A DNA stretch of 35,462 nucleotides from Betaproteobacteria bacterium (GTDB lineage Bacteria > Pseudomonadota > Gammaproteobacteria > Burkholderiales > SG8-39), in the NCBI GenBank assembly GCA_027317055.1, contig DAHVFK010000002.1, positions 1 through 35,462 on the forward strand, read 5' to 3'. The translations under genes and the position numbers were made by a program. Shown here piece after piece: positions 9,836 through 20,467 of the stretch (position 1 is the first letter of the stretch; each line of letters opens with the position of its first letter). Under the pieces are notes generated by a model. That model searched no databases. It saw only the letters and a list, made by a program, of their open reading frames with translations, and was not told where the DNA came from.

Positions 9836-10585
9836 ATGATCGGGCAGCTGCGCATCATTACGCTCAACGTCCACAAGGGGCTGTCGCAATTCAACAGGCG
9901 GATGGTGATTCACGAGCTGCGCGAGGGATTGCGCTCGCTCTCACCGGACCTGGTCTTTCTGCAGGAAGTATTGGGCCTAAACGAGCGCCATGCGCTTCGC
10001 TTCGCGAGCTGGCCACGGGCCCCGCAGTACGAGTTTCTCGCCGACCAGGGCTGGCAGCACGCCTATGGCAGAAACGCAGTCTACGACCACGGACATCATG
10101 GCAACGCGGTCCTGTCGCGCTTCCCCATTCTGTCGGCGTTGAACGAGGATGTGTCTAATCATCGTTTCGAAAAGCGCGGCCTGCTGCATTGCGAGGTCGC
10201 GGTGCCGGGTTGGCCGCTCAACCTGCACTGCCTGTGTGTTCATCTATCGCTGCACGAACGCGGACGACGTAAGCAACTCGATGCGATTGCCGAGCGCCTG
10301 GAGGAGATCGTGGCGCGTGGAATGCCGGTAATCGTCGCGGGCGACTTCAACGACTGGCGCCAGCGCGCGACCTCGATCCTCGAGCGCGGGCTGGGAATGC
10401 GGGAGGTTTCGATTGCTGGGGGTGGACGCTCTGCGCGCACCTTTCCCAGCGTCCTGCCGCTGCTGCGCCTGGACAGGATCTACGTCCGCGGCTTCGAGGT
10501 GCTCGCCGCGCAGGTGCACCGTGGTGCCCCCTGGTCCCTCCTTTCCGATCACCTCGCGCTGAGCGCGGACCTGAAGCAGGTGTAG
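9836..10585 (+). CDS. Endonuclease/exonuclease/phosphatase (EEP) family protein, YbhP-like
   Basis: LRIITLNVHKG, VFLQEV, GNAVLSRFP, VAGDFND and SDHLAL are the EEP catalytic motifs. I chose ATG 9836 (AAAGG 8 nt upstream) over the track start at 9773, which overlaps the ClC gene. Confidence 0.85.
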   Translation: MIGQLRIITLNVHKGLSQFNRRMVIHELREGLRSLSPDLVFLQEVLGLNERHALRFASWPRAPQYEFLADQGWQHAYGRNAVYDHGHHGNAVLSRFPILSALNEDVSNHRFEKRGLLHCEVAVPGWPLNLHCLCVHLSLHERGRRKQLDAIAERLEEIVARGMPVIVAGDFNDWRQRATSILERGLGMREVSIAGGGRSARTFPSVLPLLRLDRIYVRGFEVLAAQVHRGAPWSLLSDHLALSADLKQV

Positions 10586-10588
10586 TCG

Positions 10589-11767
10589 ATGCGATTCTTC
10601 CCCGACAACCACCTGCGGCTTCTGCGCAACGGCGAGGAGTACTTTCCGGCGCTGGTTGCCGCCATCGATGCCGCTGCCGCAGAAGTGTTCCTTGAAACCT
10701 ATATCTTCGCCGACGACGAGACCGGTAGCCTGGTGGCGGACGCACTCGCCCGCGCAGCCGCCCGTGGCGTGGCAGTTCATCTGTTGCTCGACGGCTTCGG
10801 TGCACGCGAGTTCGTACCGCGCTTTCGCTCCTTGCTCTCGCAAGCCGGCGCCGAAGTGCTGGTGTTCCGGCCGCAGATCAGCCCGTGGACGCTGCGCCGC
10901 GGGCGCCTGCGGCGGTTGCATCGCAAGCTGGCCTGCATTGATGGCCGCATCGCATTCGTCGGCGGCATCAATGTGATCGACGACTACGATACGCCGGGTC
11001 AGACGCCGCCGCGCTACGACTACGCGGTGCGGATCGAAGGACCGCTTACCACGCAGGTGCGCGCAGCGTCAGCGCGGCTTTGGGCGCAGGTATCATGGGC
11101 GACGTTCCGGCGGCGCTGGCCGGGATTTGCGGCGTTGAAGCGCAAGACTGAGCGAACGCCCGACAACCCCGAAGCGATGCCGAGAGGGCAACGTGCGGCG
11201 CTCGTGGTGCGCGACAGCGTGCGCCACCGGCACGATATCGAGGAAGGCTACCTGGAGTTCATCGGCGAGGCGCGGGACGAGATCGTGATCGCATGCGCGT
11301 ATTTCTTTCCCGGGCGGAAATTTCGGCGCGCGCTCAGCGACGCGACCGCGCGCGGCGTGCGAGTGCTGCTGCTGCTGCAGGGCAGGGTCGAGTATGCGCT
11401 GCTGCACTACGCATCTCGCGCGCTGTACGGTTCCCTGCTGGACGCCGGCATCGAGATTCGCGAATACCACCGCAGCTTCCTGCACGCCAAGGTCGCCGTG
11501 TTCGACCGCCGCGTCGCCTGCGCCGGCTCCTCGAATATCGACCCGTTCAGCCTCTTGCTGGCGCGCGAGGCGAACGTATTTGTCGACGACCCGAATTTCG
11601 CCGGGCAGCTGCGTTCGAGCCTGGGAGAGGCGATGCGCGATGGTTCCCGGGCGGTGCAACCGCTGCAATGGAGGCACCAACCGTTGTGGCGACGCGCGCG
11701 GGTCTGGGTCGCCTACGGGATCGCCAGGCTGCTTACCAGCTTCGCGAGCTACGAGCGATACCACTGA
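10589..11767 (+). CDS. clsB: Cardiolipin synthase B (phospholipase D family, two HKD motifs)
   Basis: HRKLACIDGRIAFVGGINV and HAKVAVFDRRVACAGSSNID (HxK...D repeats). No N-terminal TM helices. Lies directly downstream of the EEP gene, as in E. coli ybhP-clsB. Confidence 0.9.
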   Translation: MRFFPDNHLRLLRNGEEYFPALVAAIDAAAAEVFLETYIFADDETGSLVADALARAAARGVAVHLLLDGFGAREFVPRFRSLLSQAGAEVLVFRPQISPWTLRRGRLRRLHRKLACIDGRIAFVGGINVIDDYDTPGQTPPRYDYAVRIEGPLTTQVRAASARLWAQVSWATFRRRWPGFAALKRKTERTPDNPEAMPRGQRAALVVRDSVRHRHDIEEGYLEFIGEARDEIVIACAYFFPGRKFRRALSDATARGVRVLLLLQGRVEYALLHYASRALYGSLLDAGIEIREYHRSFLHAKVAVFDRRVACAGSSNIDPFSLLLAREANVFVDDPNFAGQLRSSLGEAMRDGSRAVQPLQWRHQPLWRRARVWVAYGIARLLTSFASYERYH

Positions 11768-11788
11768 TGAGCCCGCGCGCACGGCGTT

Positions 11789-12247
11789 TCAGCCCGGACG
11801 GCGGCCGAACATGCCCCAGCCCTCGAAGGTCATGACCATCTCTCCCGACTGGTTCACCGCCTCGGTGCGCGACTTGACCAAGCCCATGTCGCGACGGCTG
11901 TTCGACGGGCGCGCTTCGAGCACTACGCGCCGATAGGAAATCGTGTCGCCCGCGTGCACCGGCTTGAGCCAGCGCACGTTTTCGATTCCGGGTGAGCCCG
12001 GGCTTGCGCTGCGATTGATGTAGTTGTCGCAAAGCATCCGCATCGCGACTGCGCAGGTATGCCAGCCGCTCGCGATCAGGCCGCCGAAGTACGAGTCCTT
12101 GGCGGCAACCGGGTCGATGTGGAATGGCTGGGGATCGAACTTGCGCGCGAAGTCGATCATCTCTTGCTCGGCGAACGTGTGGCTTCCCATCGCCACGGTG
12201 TCGCCGACCGTGAAGTCTTCCCAATAGAGGATTTCATCGGCGCTCAT
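11789..12247 (-). CDS. MaoC-like (R-specific enoyl-CoA hydratase/dehydratase) hotdog-fold protein
   Basis: FARKFDPQPFHIDPVAAKDSYFGGLIASGWHT is the MaoC dehydratase signature. Start set at the ATG giving MSADEILYWEDF (12247), which overlaps the upstream stop as ATGA. The track start at 12451 lies inside the thioesterase gene. Confidence 0.85.
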   Translation of the reverse strand: MSADEILYWEDFTVGDTVAMGSHTFAEQEMIDFARKFDPQPFHIDPVAAKDSYFGGLIASGWHTCAVAMRMLCDNYINRSASPGSPGIENVRWLKPVHAGDTISYRRVVLEARPSNSRRDMGLVKSRTEAVNQSGEMVMTFEGWGMFGRRPG

Positions 12248-12696
12248 GTCTGCGGCGCGAGGCGCTCGTAGTCCCCGATCCGCTCGCGCAGCTCCTGCGG
12301 CAGCGGCGCGGGTGTCATGCTCGACGGGTCGGCGTTGACGTAGACCAGCTCCGCAGTGACCAGCGGCGCCGGCGCAGGATCCGGATGGTCGCGAAAGATC
12401 TCGAATTGGAACGTCATGCTGCTGCGGCCCAGCCGGCCCACACGGCAGCACACCGCGAGCACGTCGTCGTAGCGGGCGGAACCTAGGTAATCGACCGTCG
12501 CCTTGCGCAGATAGACGTCATTGGCGTACTTCTCGACATAACCGTGCGGGTAGGGAAGGCCGATCGCGCGCCAGTATTCCGCGATCGTGGTGTCGATGTA
12601 TGTCAGGTAATGGCCGTTGAACACGATCTTCTGCATGTCCACTTCGGCCCAGCGCACCCGCAACTGCGGCGTGCAAACGAAATCTTCGCGAGGCAT
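12244..12696 (-). CDS. Acyl-CoA/acyl-ACP thioesterase, 4HBT (YbgC/FadM-like) hotdog fold
   Basis: LRVRWAEVDMQKIVFNGHYLTYIDTTIAEYWRAIGL has the N-terminal catalytic Asp context typical of YbgC-type thioesterases. 150 aa. Confidence 0.82.
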   Translation of the reverse strand: MPREDFVCTPQLRVRWAEVDMQKIVFNGHYLTYIDTTIAEYWRAIGLPYPHGYVEKYANDVYLRKATVDYLGSARYDDVLAVCCRVGRLGRSSMTFQFEIFRDHPDPAPAPLVTAELVYVNADPSSMTPAPLPQELRERIGDYERLAPQT

Positions 12697-12705
12697 TGCG
12701 AGAAC

Positions 12706-14568
12706 TCAGATTCTGGTGCCGGGAGCGTGCGCGTCCGATGTCCGCAACAGCGAACGGACGAACTCGCCAACCGCGGCAAGAGTCGCTCCGCGCGCCTGGA
12801 TCGTCGGGTAATGACCGCATTCGGTGATCCTCAGCGCGTTCATGCGCCCGGGCACGCAGGCGCGAAGCGCCTCGAGTTGCTTTTCAGAGAAGAATTCGTC
12901 GTTCTCCCCCTGGATCGCGAGCACCGGGCAGCGAATGCGGGCGACATAGGGCTCCAGACCCCAGCCGGCGGCAGCCTCCTCCGAAGTCCAGACCTCGACC
13001 AGGCGCTCGAACAATGTCTCTGCTTTCCTGCCATGGTGACGCTCAAGGCGTGCCTTCAGGTCGCCGTGATCGAAATCCGAAATCTGGGCGCGAATCGCGT
13101 CGGCTGTTCGCGCCTCCCGAAACAGGTGCGGTGATATGGCCACAACGCCACGCACCGACTCGGGGCGTGCCCCCGCGAACGCCAGCGCGATCGATGCGCC
13201 GTCGGACTGGCCGATCAGGATTGCGTCATGCGCCTTGGCCTGATCGAGCACTTCCGGCAGCACGTGCAGCGCTTCCCGCAGGAGATAGTCTCGCCGATAG
13301 GGCCGAACGAGCGGTTCCGAGTCGCCCGAGCCCCAGCGGTCGTAGATCAAGGCGCCGCATCCCGTCGCTCGTACGACGTGATCGGGGAAATCCCCCCACA
13401 TCCGCGTGCTGCCCAAGGCGTCATGCAGGAATACGAGCGACGGCGCGCGAGCGGCGCTGGGCCCGCGCCAGTGGCCGCGCAATACGTGTCCGTCCGCCCG
13501 AAGCGTAAGCTGCCGCAGCGCGCGCTCCACGACTTCGCGAAAATCGGCCGGCGTCAGCGCAACGAGGTCGCACTCGATGGCGGCAAAGAAGCCTTCCACC
13601 GCCGAGCCAGCTTCCGCCGTGCCACGGCCGCGCAGCGCCGCCTCCAGGTCGAAGATCGTCCGCGGGGGCGTGACGAAGAAATCGCCGGTCAGCAGCACCT
13701 CCCTGATGCGGCTTAGCCCCGGGCCCTCCAACCGAAGATCGGCGCGCAGCGTTCCACCGCGGCGTACAAGTGTCGCCGAAACGAGCGCATCGTCCGCTTC
13801 CGGCGCGTCGAGCAGATGCACGAACTCGTCGGTGCCGAATTCGCGTTCGTAGAGCGCCGTCGCGAGATCCTCTTCGTATTCGGAGGCGGAGCCCCACTGG
13901 GGGGTGATTCCCAGTTCTTCGCGGAAACCCGCCAGCAACGCCGCATACACTTCGTCCAGAGACGGCGTCCTGCCCAGCACTTCGCGCACCGTAATCACGC
14001 GCCGGCGGGCGTCGTCGAGGTCGCGTTTAGCGAGTTTCTCCACCGGCACCTTGAGAACTTCGATCATGCGCGCCGGATCGAAGTCGACCAGCAACGTGCC
14101 CTGGTAGAAAAGCGTGTTGCCGTCGAAGAAGCCGCCCGTGCCGCTGATCTTGCGGCCGTTCACCTCGATGTCGTTTCTGGGCCGGAATTCGGCGGGAACG
14201 CCGAGTTGTCGCAGTCCGCAGGCGGCTGCCCGGCAGATGCGCGCGGCGATCTCGGCAAGATCTGTCGTGCCGAGGCGGCGTCGGTCCATGACCAGTTCCC
14301 ATCCGATCTGTCCTTCGTCGAGATAGAGCCCTCCGCCGCCAGTGATCCGACGACCGACCTCGATGCCGGCTTGACGGCAGTAGTCGAGGCGAACCTCGTG
14401 CGCCAGAATCTGGTGCAGACCGACCAGCGCCGAGGGCCGGAATCGCAGGAAACGGATCGTATCCGGTATCTTCCCGGCGTTGCGCGCCTCGATCAGAGCT
14501 TGATCGAAAGCGACATTCGCGCGCGCGCCACGAATTCCGGTGTCAATTACGCGGTCGGGAGTTCGCAC
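12706..14568 (-). CDS. Fusion protein: full-length lipoate-protein ligase A-like module (catalytic plus C-terminal accessory domain, about 353 aa) joined to an alpha/beta-fold hydrolase (about 267 aa)
   Basis: Ligase part: RRITGGGGLYLDEGQIGWELV, catalytic-Lys motif VNGRKISGTGG, YQGTLLVDFD, and accessory-domain LLTGDFFVTPP. Hydrolase part (12709-13509): LVFLHDALGS, nucleophile elbow GQSDG, acid in GENDEF, His in ECGHYP. One uninterrupted frame. The start is uncertain. I use GTG 14568 (VRTPDRVIDTG), and the next in-frame GTG near 14692 would overlap the EAL gene. The 980-aa track ORF extending to 15648 is an antisense artefact. Confidence 0.8.
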   Translation of the reverse strand: MRTPDRVIDTGIRGARANVAFDQALIEARNAGKIPDTIRFLRFRPSALVGLHQILAHEVRLDYCRQAGIEVGRRITGGGGLYLDEGQIGWELVMDRRRLGTTDLAEIAARICRAAACGLRQLGVPAEFRPRNDIEVNGRKISGTGGFFDGNTLFYQGTLLVDFDPARMIEVLKVPVEKLAKRDLDDARRRVITVREVLGRTPSLDEVYAALLAGFREELGITPQWGSASEYEEDLATALYEREFGTDEFVHLLDAPEADDALVSATLVRRGGTLRADLRLEGPGLSRIREVLLTGDFFVTPPRTIFDLEAALRGRGTAEAGSAVEGFFAAIECDLVALTPADFREVVERALRQLTLRADGHVLRGHWRGPSAARAPSLVFLHDALGSTRMWGDFPDHVVRATGCGALIYDRWGSGDSEPLVRPYRRDYLLREALHVLPEVLDQAKAHDAILIGQSDGASIALAFAGARPESVRGVVAISPHLFREARTADAIRAQISDFDHGDLKARLERHHGRKAETLFERLVEVWTSEEAAAGWGLEPYVARIRCPVLAIQGENDEFFSEKQLEALRACVPGRMNALRITECGHYPTIQARGATLAAVGEFVRSLLRTSDAHAPGTRI

Positions 14569-14685
14569 GAGCGGAAACGGGATCGGAATCGATACTCGGA
14601 TGGCTCCGACGATGTTACGCCATTTCGCGAAACATCGCCGTGCTAAGCTGTCACGCGCTCCAAATCCCGCGCCGTATTTCGCACC

Positions 14686-15510
14686 ATGCACGAGGACAAT
14701 CCTTCCAGCGTACCGGTCGACGCGGAGTTCCTCGCGCAGATGGACGGCGCGTATACGGGGTGGGGCGACGCCGCCAAGCGCCTGCGCGAGGCGCTCGCCA
14801 ACAATGAGCTGCAGCTCTACATCCAGCCGATCGCGAAGCTCGGCGAAAACCGCTTTGTGATGGCCGAAGTGCTGGTGCGGCTGCGTGAGGAAGAAAAGAA
14901 AATGCTTCCGCCGGGCGATTTTCTCCCGGTGTTCGAGCAACACGGGATGATGCCGGACCTGGACCGTTGGGTCGTCAGCCAGATGGCGCAGTGCATTGCC
15001 CGGCATGCCCCTGGCGGGTTCCGTCAATTCAGCATCAATGTCGCGGGAAAGACTCTGCAGGACGAGCGCTTTCCCGAGCACGTGTCCCGGACTCTGCGCC
15101 AATTCGGCGTGCCGGCACAAGCCTTGTGCTTCGAGATCGACGAGATCGACGTCCTCGGCAGATTGGACGCCGCGGCGCAGTTCAGCGCCAAGGTGCGCAG
15201 TCTGGGATGCCAAGTGGCGATCGACGGGTTCGGTCGGCGCTCGGCTTCGTTTGCGCCACTGAAGAGCTTGCGCATCGACTACTTCAAGGTGGACGGGTCG
15301 ATCACGCGCAAGATCCTGAGTAGCGATACCGCGCTGAACAAGTTGCGCACGATCGTTCGTGTGGCGCAGACGATCAAGGTCGGCGTAATCGCCGAGTTCG
15401 TGGAAGAGACCGAGGTCCTGGTGCGCTTGTCCGCTCTCGGAGTGGGCTACGCGCAGGGGTTCGGCATCGCGCGGCCGACGCTGCTCGACAGCGGTTCCGC
15501 GGGACAGTAA
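14686..15510 (+). CDS. Stand-alone EAL-domain protein (c-di-GMP phosphodiesterase family; possibly attenuated or degenerate)
   Basis: LQLYIQPI, EVLVRL (EAL position), FSINV (Asn), FEIDE (ExxE), VAIDGFG (DDFG with the second Asp replaced by Gly), FKVDG (Lys), IAEFVEE and YAQGFG. No sensor or GGDEF domain. Confidence 0.85.
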   Translation: MHEDNPSSVPVDAEFLAQMDGAYTGWGDAAKRLREALANNELQLYIQPIAKLGENRFVMAEVLVRLREEEKKMLPPGDFLPVFEQHGMMPDLDRWVVSQMAQCIARHAPGGFRQFSINVAGKTLQDERFPEHVSRTLRQFGVPAQALCFEIDEIDVLGRLDAAAQFSAKVRSLGCQVAIDGFGRRSASFAPLKSLRIDYFKVDGSITRKILSSDTALNKLRTIVRVAQTIKVGVIAEFVEETEVLVRLSALGVGYAQGFGIARPTLLDSGSAGQ

Positions 15511-15530
15511 GGCACGAAGATGGCGCGCGT

Positions 15531-16082
15531 ATGGACGAGGCGGTAGTCCGCGCTCTGGCGAAATGGCCGGCGGTACCGGCGGTGTACGGCTGGCTCGCGC
15601 TGGACGAACGCGGCGATTGGCTGCTGCGCGATTCCGCGACCGGCGCATTCGGGCGCATCGGCAATGCGGCGCTGCGCGCTTTCATCTGCCGCAACTACGC
15701 ACCGGACGCGCGCGGCTGCTGGTACTTCCAGAACGGGCCGCAGCGCGTGTACGCGCGGCTTGCATGCGGCCCGCTCGTTTTCCGCCTCGACGGCGAACGG
15801 TTCGTCGACCACTGCGGCCGTCCCTCGGGGCCGCTCAGCGGCGCCTGGCGCGACGAGCGCGGCGCGCTGATTCTCGCTGCCGCATTGGGAGTCGGGAACC
15901 TTGACGACCGGGATCTTTTCGCGGCGAGCGAACTGATCGAAGATACGAGCGCAGCGGCTTGGCTTAGCAGCGCGGCCGGCCGAGTCGCGCTCGGGAGCGT
16001 TTTGCGTGCCGAATTGCCTGCCCGCTTCGGCTTCGTCGACGACCCGCGCCCGGAACCCGAGGTGGGCGCGAATTCCGGTTAG
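15531..16082 (+). CDS. Conserved hypothetical protein, family not confidently recognised
   Basis: 183-aa ORF 20 nt downstream of the EAL gene. Non-shadow composition with motifs WPAVPAVYGWLALDERGDW and CWYFQNGPQRVYARL. It resembles conserved proteobacterial DUF proteins, but I cannot name the family. Confidence 0.6.
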   Translation: MDEAVVRALAKWPAVPAVYGWLALDERGDWLLRDSATGAFGRIGNAALRAFICRNYAPDARGCWYFQNGPQRVYARLACGPLVFRLDGERFVDHCGRPSGPLSGAWRDERGALILAAALGVGNLDDRDLFAASELIEDTSAAAWLSSAAGRVALGSVLRAELPARFGFVDDPRPEPEVGANSG

Positions 16083-16111
16083 CGGAGCGTCAAAGTTGCC
16101 CCGCATAATCC

Positions 16112-16141
16112 TTGACGCTGTACAAAAAACTCCTTTATAAT
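16112..16141 (+). promoter_or_regulatory. Candidate sigma70 promoter of the str operon
   Basis: TTGACG (16112-16117), 18-nt spacer, TATAAT (16136-16141), about 75 nt upstream of the rpsL ATG. Confidence 0.6.
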
Positions 16142-16216
16142 CCGGCCTCTTTTTTGCACCTGGGCGACAGCGGGTGGTCAACGCGGTCGCCCGGTTCGTT
16201 TCTGGACACGGAAAAA

Positions 16217-16594
<378 letters not shown>

Positions 16595-16616
16595 TCCCGG
16601 CCAGACAGAGGAAATC

Positions 16617-17087
16617 ATGCCCCGTCGCAGAGAAGTCCCGAAACGCGAGATCCTGGCGGATCCGAAGTTCCACAACACCGACGTCGCCAAGTTCATCAAC
16701 GTCCTGATGACGCGCGGCAAGAAGTCGGTGGCAGAGCGCATCGTGTACGGCGCGTTCAATGTCATCAAGTCGAAAGCGGGGAAGGACCCGGTCGAGGTCT
16801 TCACCCAGGCGGTGCAGAACGTGAAGCCGGTGGTCGAGGTCAAGAGCCGGCGCGTGGGCGGCGCGAACTACCAAGTTCCGGTGGAAGTGCGGCCGGTGCG
16901 CCGCGTTGCGCTGGCGATGCGCTGGATCCGCGAGGCGGCCCAGAAGCGCGGCGAGAAGTCGATGACCGTGCGCTTGGCGGGGGAGCTGCAGGAAGCCGCG
17001 GAAGGGCGGGGCGGTGCGATGAAGAAACGTGAGGAAGTTCACCGTATGGCGGACGCCAACAAGGCGTTTTCGCACTACAGGTTCTGA
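16617..17087 (+). CDS. rpsG: 30S ribosomal protein S7
   Basis: [18 protein letters not shown]...[16 protein letters not shown]...KAFSHYRF. Confidence 0.98.
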   Translation: MPRRREVPKREILADPKFHNTDVAKFINVLMTRGKKSVAERIVYGAFNVIKSKAGKDPVEVFTQAVQNVKPVVEVKSRRVGGANYQVPVEVRPVRRVALAMRWIREAAQKRGEKSMTVRLAGELQEAAEGRGGAMKKREEVHRMADANKAFSHYRF

Positions 17088-17141
17088 GCCTTGCTTTTGG
17101 CGGGTTGCGCCCCCATTTAGGGCTCCCCGAACGGACAAAGG

Positions 17142-19247
17142 ATGGGTATTACTGTGGCACGTAAGACTCCAATCGAGCGCTATCGCAACATCGGCATCAG
17201 CGCGCATATCGATGCGGGCAAGACCACGACCACCGAGCGCATTCTGTTCTATACCGGCGTGAACCACAAAATCGGCGAGGTGCACGACGGCGCAGCGACC
17301 ATGGACTGGATGGAGCAGGAACAGGAGCGCGGCATCACCATCACCTCGGCCGCGACCACCTGCTTCTGGAAGGGGATGGACCTTACCTATCCGGAGCACC
17401 ACATCAACATCATCGACACCCCGGGGCACGTCGACTTCACGATCGAGGTCGAGCGTTCGCTGCGTGTACTTGATGGCGCGTGCATGGTGTTCTGCGCGGT
17501 GGGCGGCGTGCAGCCGCAATCCGAAACGGTTTGGCGCCAGGCGACCAAGTACCGGGTACCGAGGCTCGCGTTCGTTAACAAGATGGATCGTATCGGCGCA
17601 AATTTCTTCAAGGTCTACGACCAGATGAAGCAGCGCCTGAAGGCTAACCCCGTTCCGATTCAGCTCCCGATCGGCGCCGAGGAAAAGTTTCAGGGTGTGG
17701 TCGACCTCGTCGCGATGCAGGCGATCTATTGGGACGAGGCCTCCCTGGGGATGAAGTTCGAGCGCAAAGACGTCCCCGCCGATCTCGCTGATAAGGCCAA
17801 GGAGTGGCGCGAGAAGATGGTCGAGGCCGCGGCCGAGGCGAATGAAGAGCTGATGAACAAGTACCTCGAGTCCGGCGAGCTGTCGCTTGAGGAAATCAAG
17901 CAAGGTCTCCGTATCCGCACGCTCAACAACGAGATCGTGCCGATGCTGTGCGGTTCCGCGTTCAAGAACAAGGGCGTGCAGGCGATGCTCGACGCGGTGA
18001 TCGACTATCTGCCTTCGCCCGCGGACATTCCGCCCGTGAAGGGCCAGAAGGAAAACGGTGAGCCCGATGTGCGCAAGGCGGAGGACAGCGAGCCGTTTGC
18101 GGGGCTAGCCTTCAAGATCGCGACCGACCCGTACGTGGGCCAGTTGACCTTCATCCGCGTCTACTCCGGCGTATTGAAGTCTGGTGACACCGTGTACACG
18201 TCGGTGCGCGGCAAGAAAGAGCGGATTGGCCGCCTGCTGCAAATGCATGCGAACGAGCGCAAAGAAATCAAGGAAGTTTGCGCGGGCGACATCGCGGCGG
18301 CAGTGGGAATGAAGGACGTTACCACCGGCGAGACGATCTGCGACGTCAACAAGGTCATCACGCTCGAGAAAATGGAGTTCCCTGACCCCGTCATTTCCCA
18401 GGCAGTCGAACCAAAGACCAAGCCTGACCAGGAAAAGATGGGCGTCGCGTTAAATCGCCTGGCGCAAGAAGACCCCTCGTTCCGCGTGCACACCGATGAG
18501 GAGTCGGGGCAGACGATCATCTCCGGCATGGGCGAGTTGCACCTCGAGATCATTGTCGATCGTATGCGGCGCGAGTTCGGCGTCGAGGCGAGCGTAGGCA
18601 AGCCGCAGGTGGCCTACCGAGAGACCTTCAAGAAGACGGTCGAGCAAGAAGGCAAGTTCATCAAGCAGTCGGGGGGTCGCGGCCAGTACGGTCACGTCGA
18701 GTTGAGGCTGGAGCCGCAGCCTGCTGGCAAGGGGTTCGAGTTTGTCGACGCGATCAAGGGTGGCTCGGTGCCGCGCGAGTTCATCCCGGCGGTCGAGAAG
18801 GGGGTCAAGGAGGCGTTGCAGGACGGCGTCTTGGCTGGCTACCCGGTGGTCGATGTAAAGGTGACGCTATTCTACGGCTCGTACCACGAGGTGGACTCGA
18901 ACGAGAACGCGTTCAAGATGGCCGCCATCTTCGCTTTCAAGGACGGCATGCGCAGCGCCACTCCAGTCTTGCTCGAGCCGGTGATGGCGGTCGAGGTCGA
19001 GACGCCGGAGGAAAAGATGGGCGACGTGATGGGCGACCTGTCGTCCCGGCGCGGCGTCATCCAGGGCATGGACGACCTGCCGGGCGGCAAGGCGATCAAG
19101 GCGGAGGTACCGCTGGGCGAGATGTTCGGCTATTCGACGACGCTGCGTTCGCTTACGCAGGGGCGCGCCACGTACACAATGGAATTCAAACACTATGCCG
19201 AGGCGCCGCGCAGCGTCGCAGAGGCAGTCATCAGCAGCAAGAAGTAA
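17142..19247 (+). CDS. fusA: Elongation factor G
   Basis: [36 protein letters not shown] and NKMDR. In-frame GTG 17154 ([10 protein letters not shown]) is an alternative start closer to the E. coli N-terminus. Confidence 0.97.
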   Translation: MGITVARKTPIERYRNIGISAHIDAGKTTTTERILFYTGVNHKIGEVHDGAATMDWMEQEQERGITITSAATTCFWKGMDLTYPEHHINIIDTPGHVDFTIEVERSLRVLDGACMVFCAVGGVQPQSETVWRQATKYRVPRLAFVNKMDRIGANFFKVYDQMKQRLKANPVPIQLPIGAEEKFQGVVDLVAMQAIYWDEASLGMKFERKDVPADLADKAKEWREKMVEAAAEANEELMNKYLESGELSLEEIKQGLRIRTLNNEIVPMLCGSAFKNKGVQAMLDAVIDYLPSPADIPPVKGQKENGEPDVRKAEDSEPFAGLAFKIATDPYVGQLTFIRVYSGVLKSGDTVYTSVRGKKERIGRLLQMHANERKEIKEVCAGDIAAAVGMKDVTTGETICDVNKVITLEKMEFPDPVISQAVEPKTKPDQEKMGVALNRLAQEDPSFRVHTDEESGQTIISGMGELHLEIIVDRMRREFGVEASVGKPQVAYRETFKKTVEQEGKFIKQSGGRGQYGHVELRLEPQPAGKGFEFVDAIKGGSVPREFIPAVEKGVKEALQDGVLAGYPVVDVKVTLFYGSYHEVDSNENAFKMAAIFAFKDGMRSATPVLLEPVMAVEVETPEEKMGDVMGDLSSRRGVIQGMDDLPGGKAIKAEVPLGEMFGYSTTLRSLTQGRATYTMEFKHYAEAPRSVAEAVISSKK

Positions 19248-19271
19248 CCATAAGAACCGGGGAAGAGCGTC

Positions 19272-20462
<1,191 letters not shown>

Positions 20463-20467
20463 GGACA

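Noticed and set aside
8205-9894. Plus-strand 390-aa ORF and minus-strand 509-aa ORF overlapping the ClC gene
   Set aside because: The ClC frame carries GSGIPQ, GREGP and GxFxP motifs and TM periodicity. The alternatives are Arg/Gly/Ala-rich without motifs.
14569-15648. N-terminal 360 aa of the 980-aa minus-strand ORF (12706..15648)
   Set aside because: This part is antisense to the well-supported EAL gene and the following ORF, is Arg-rich and has no motifs. Ligase homology begins only near 14568, and a 117-nt divergent intergenic region fits better. The true start codon of the ligase fusion remains uncertain.
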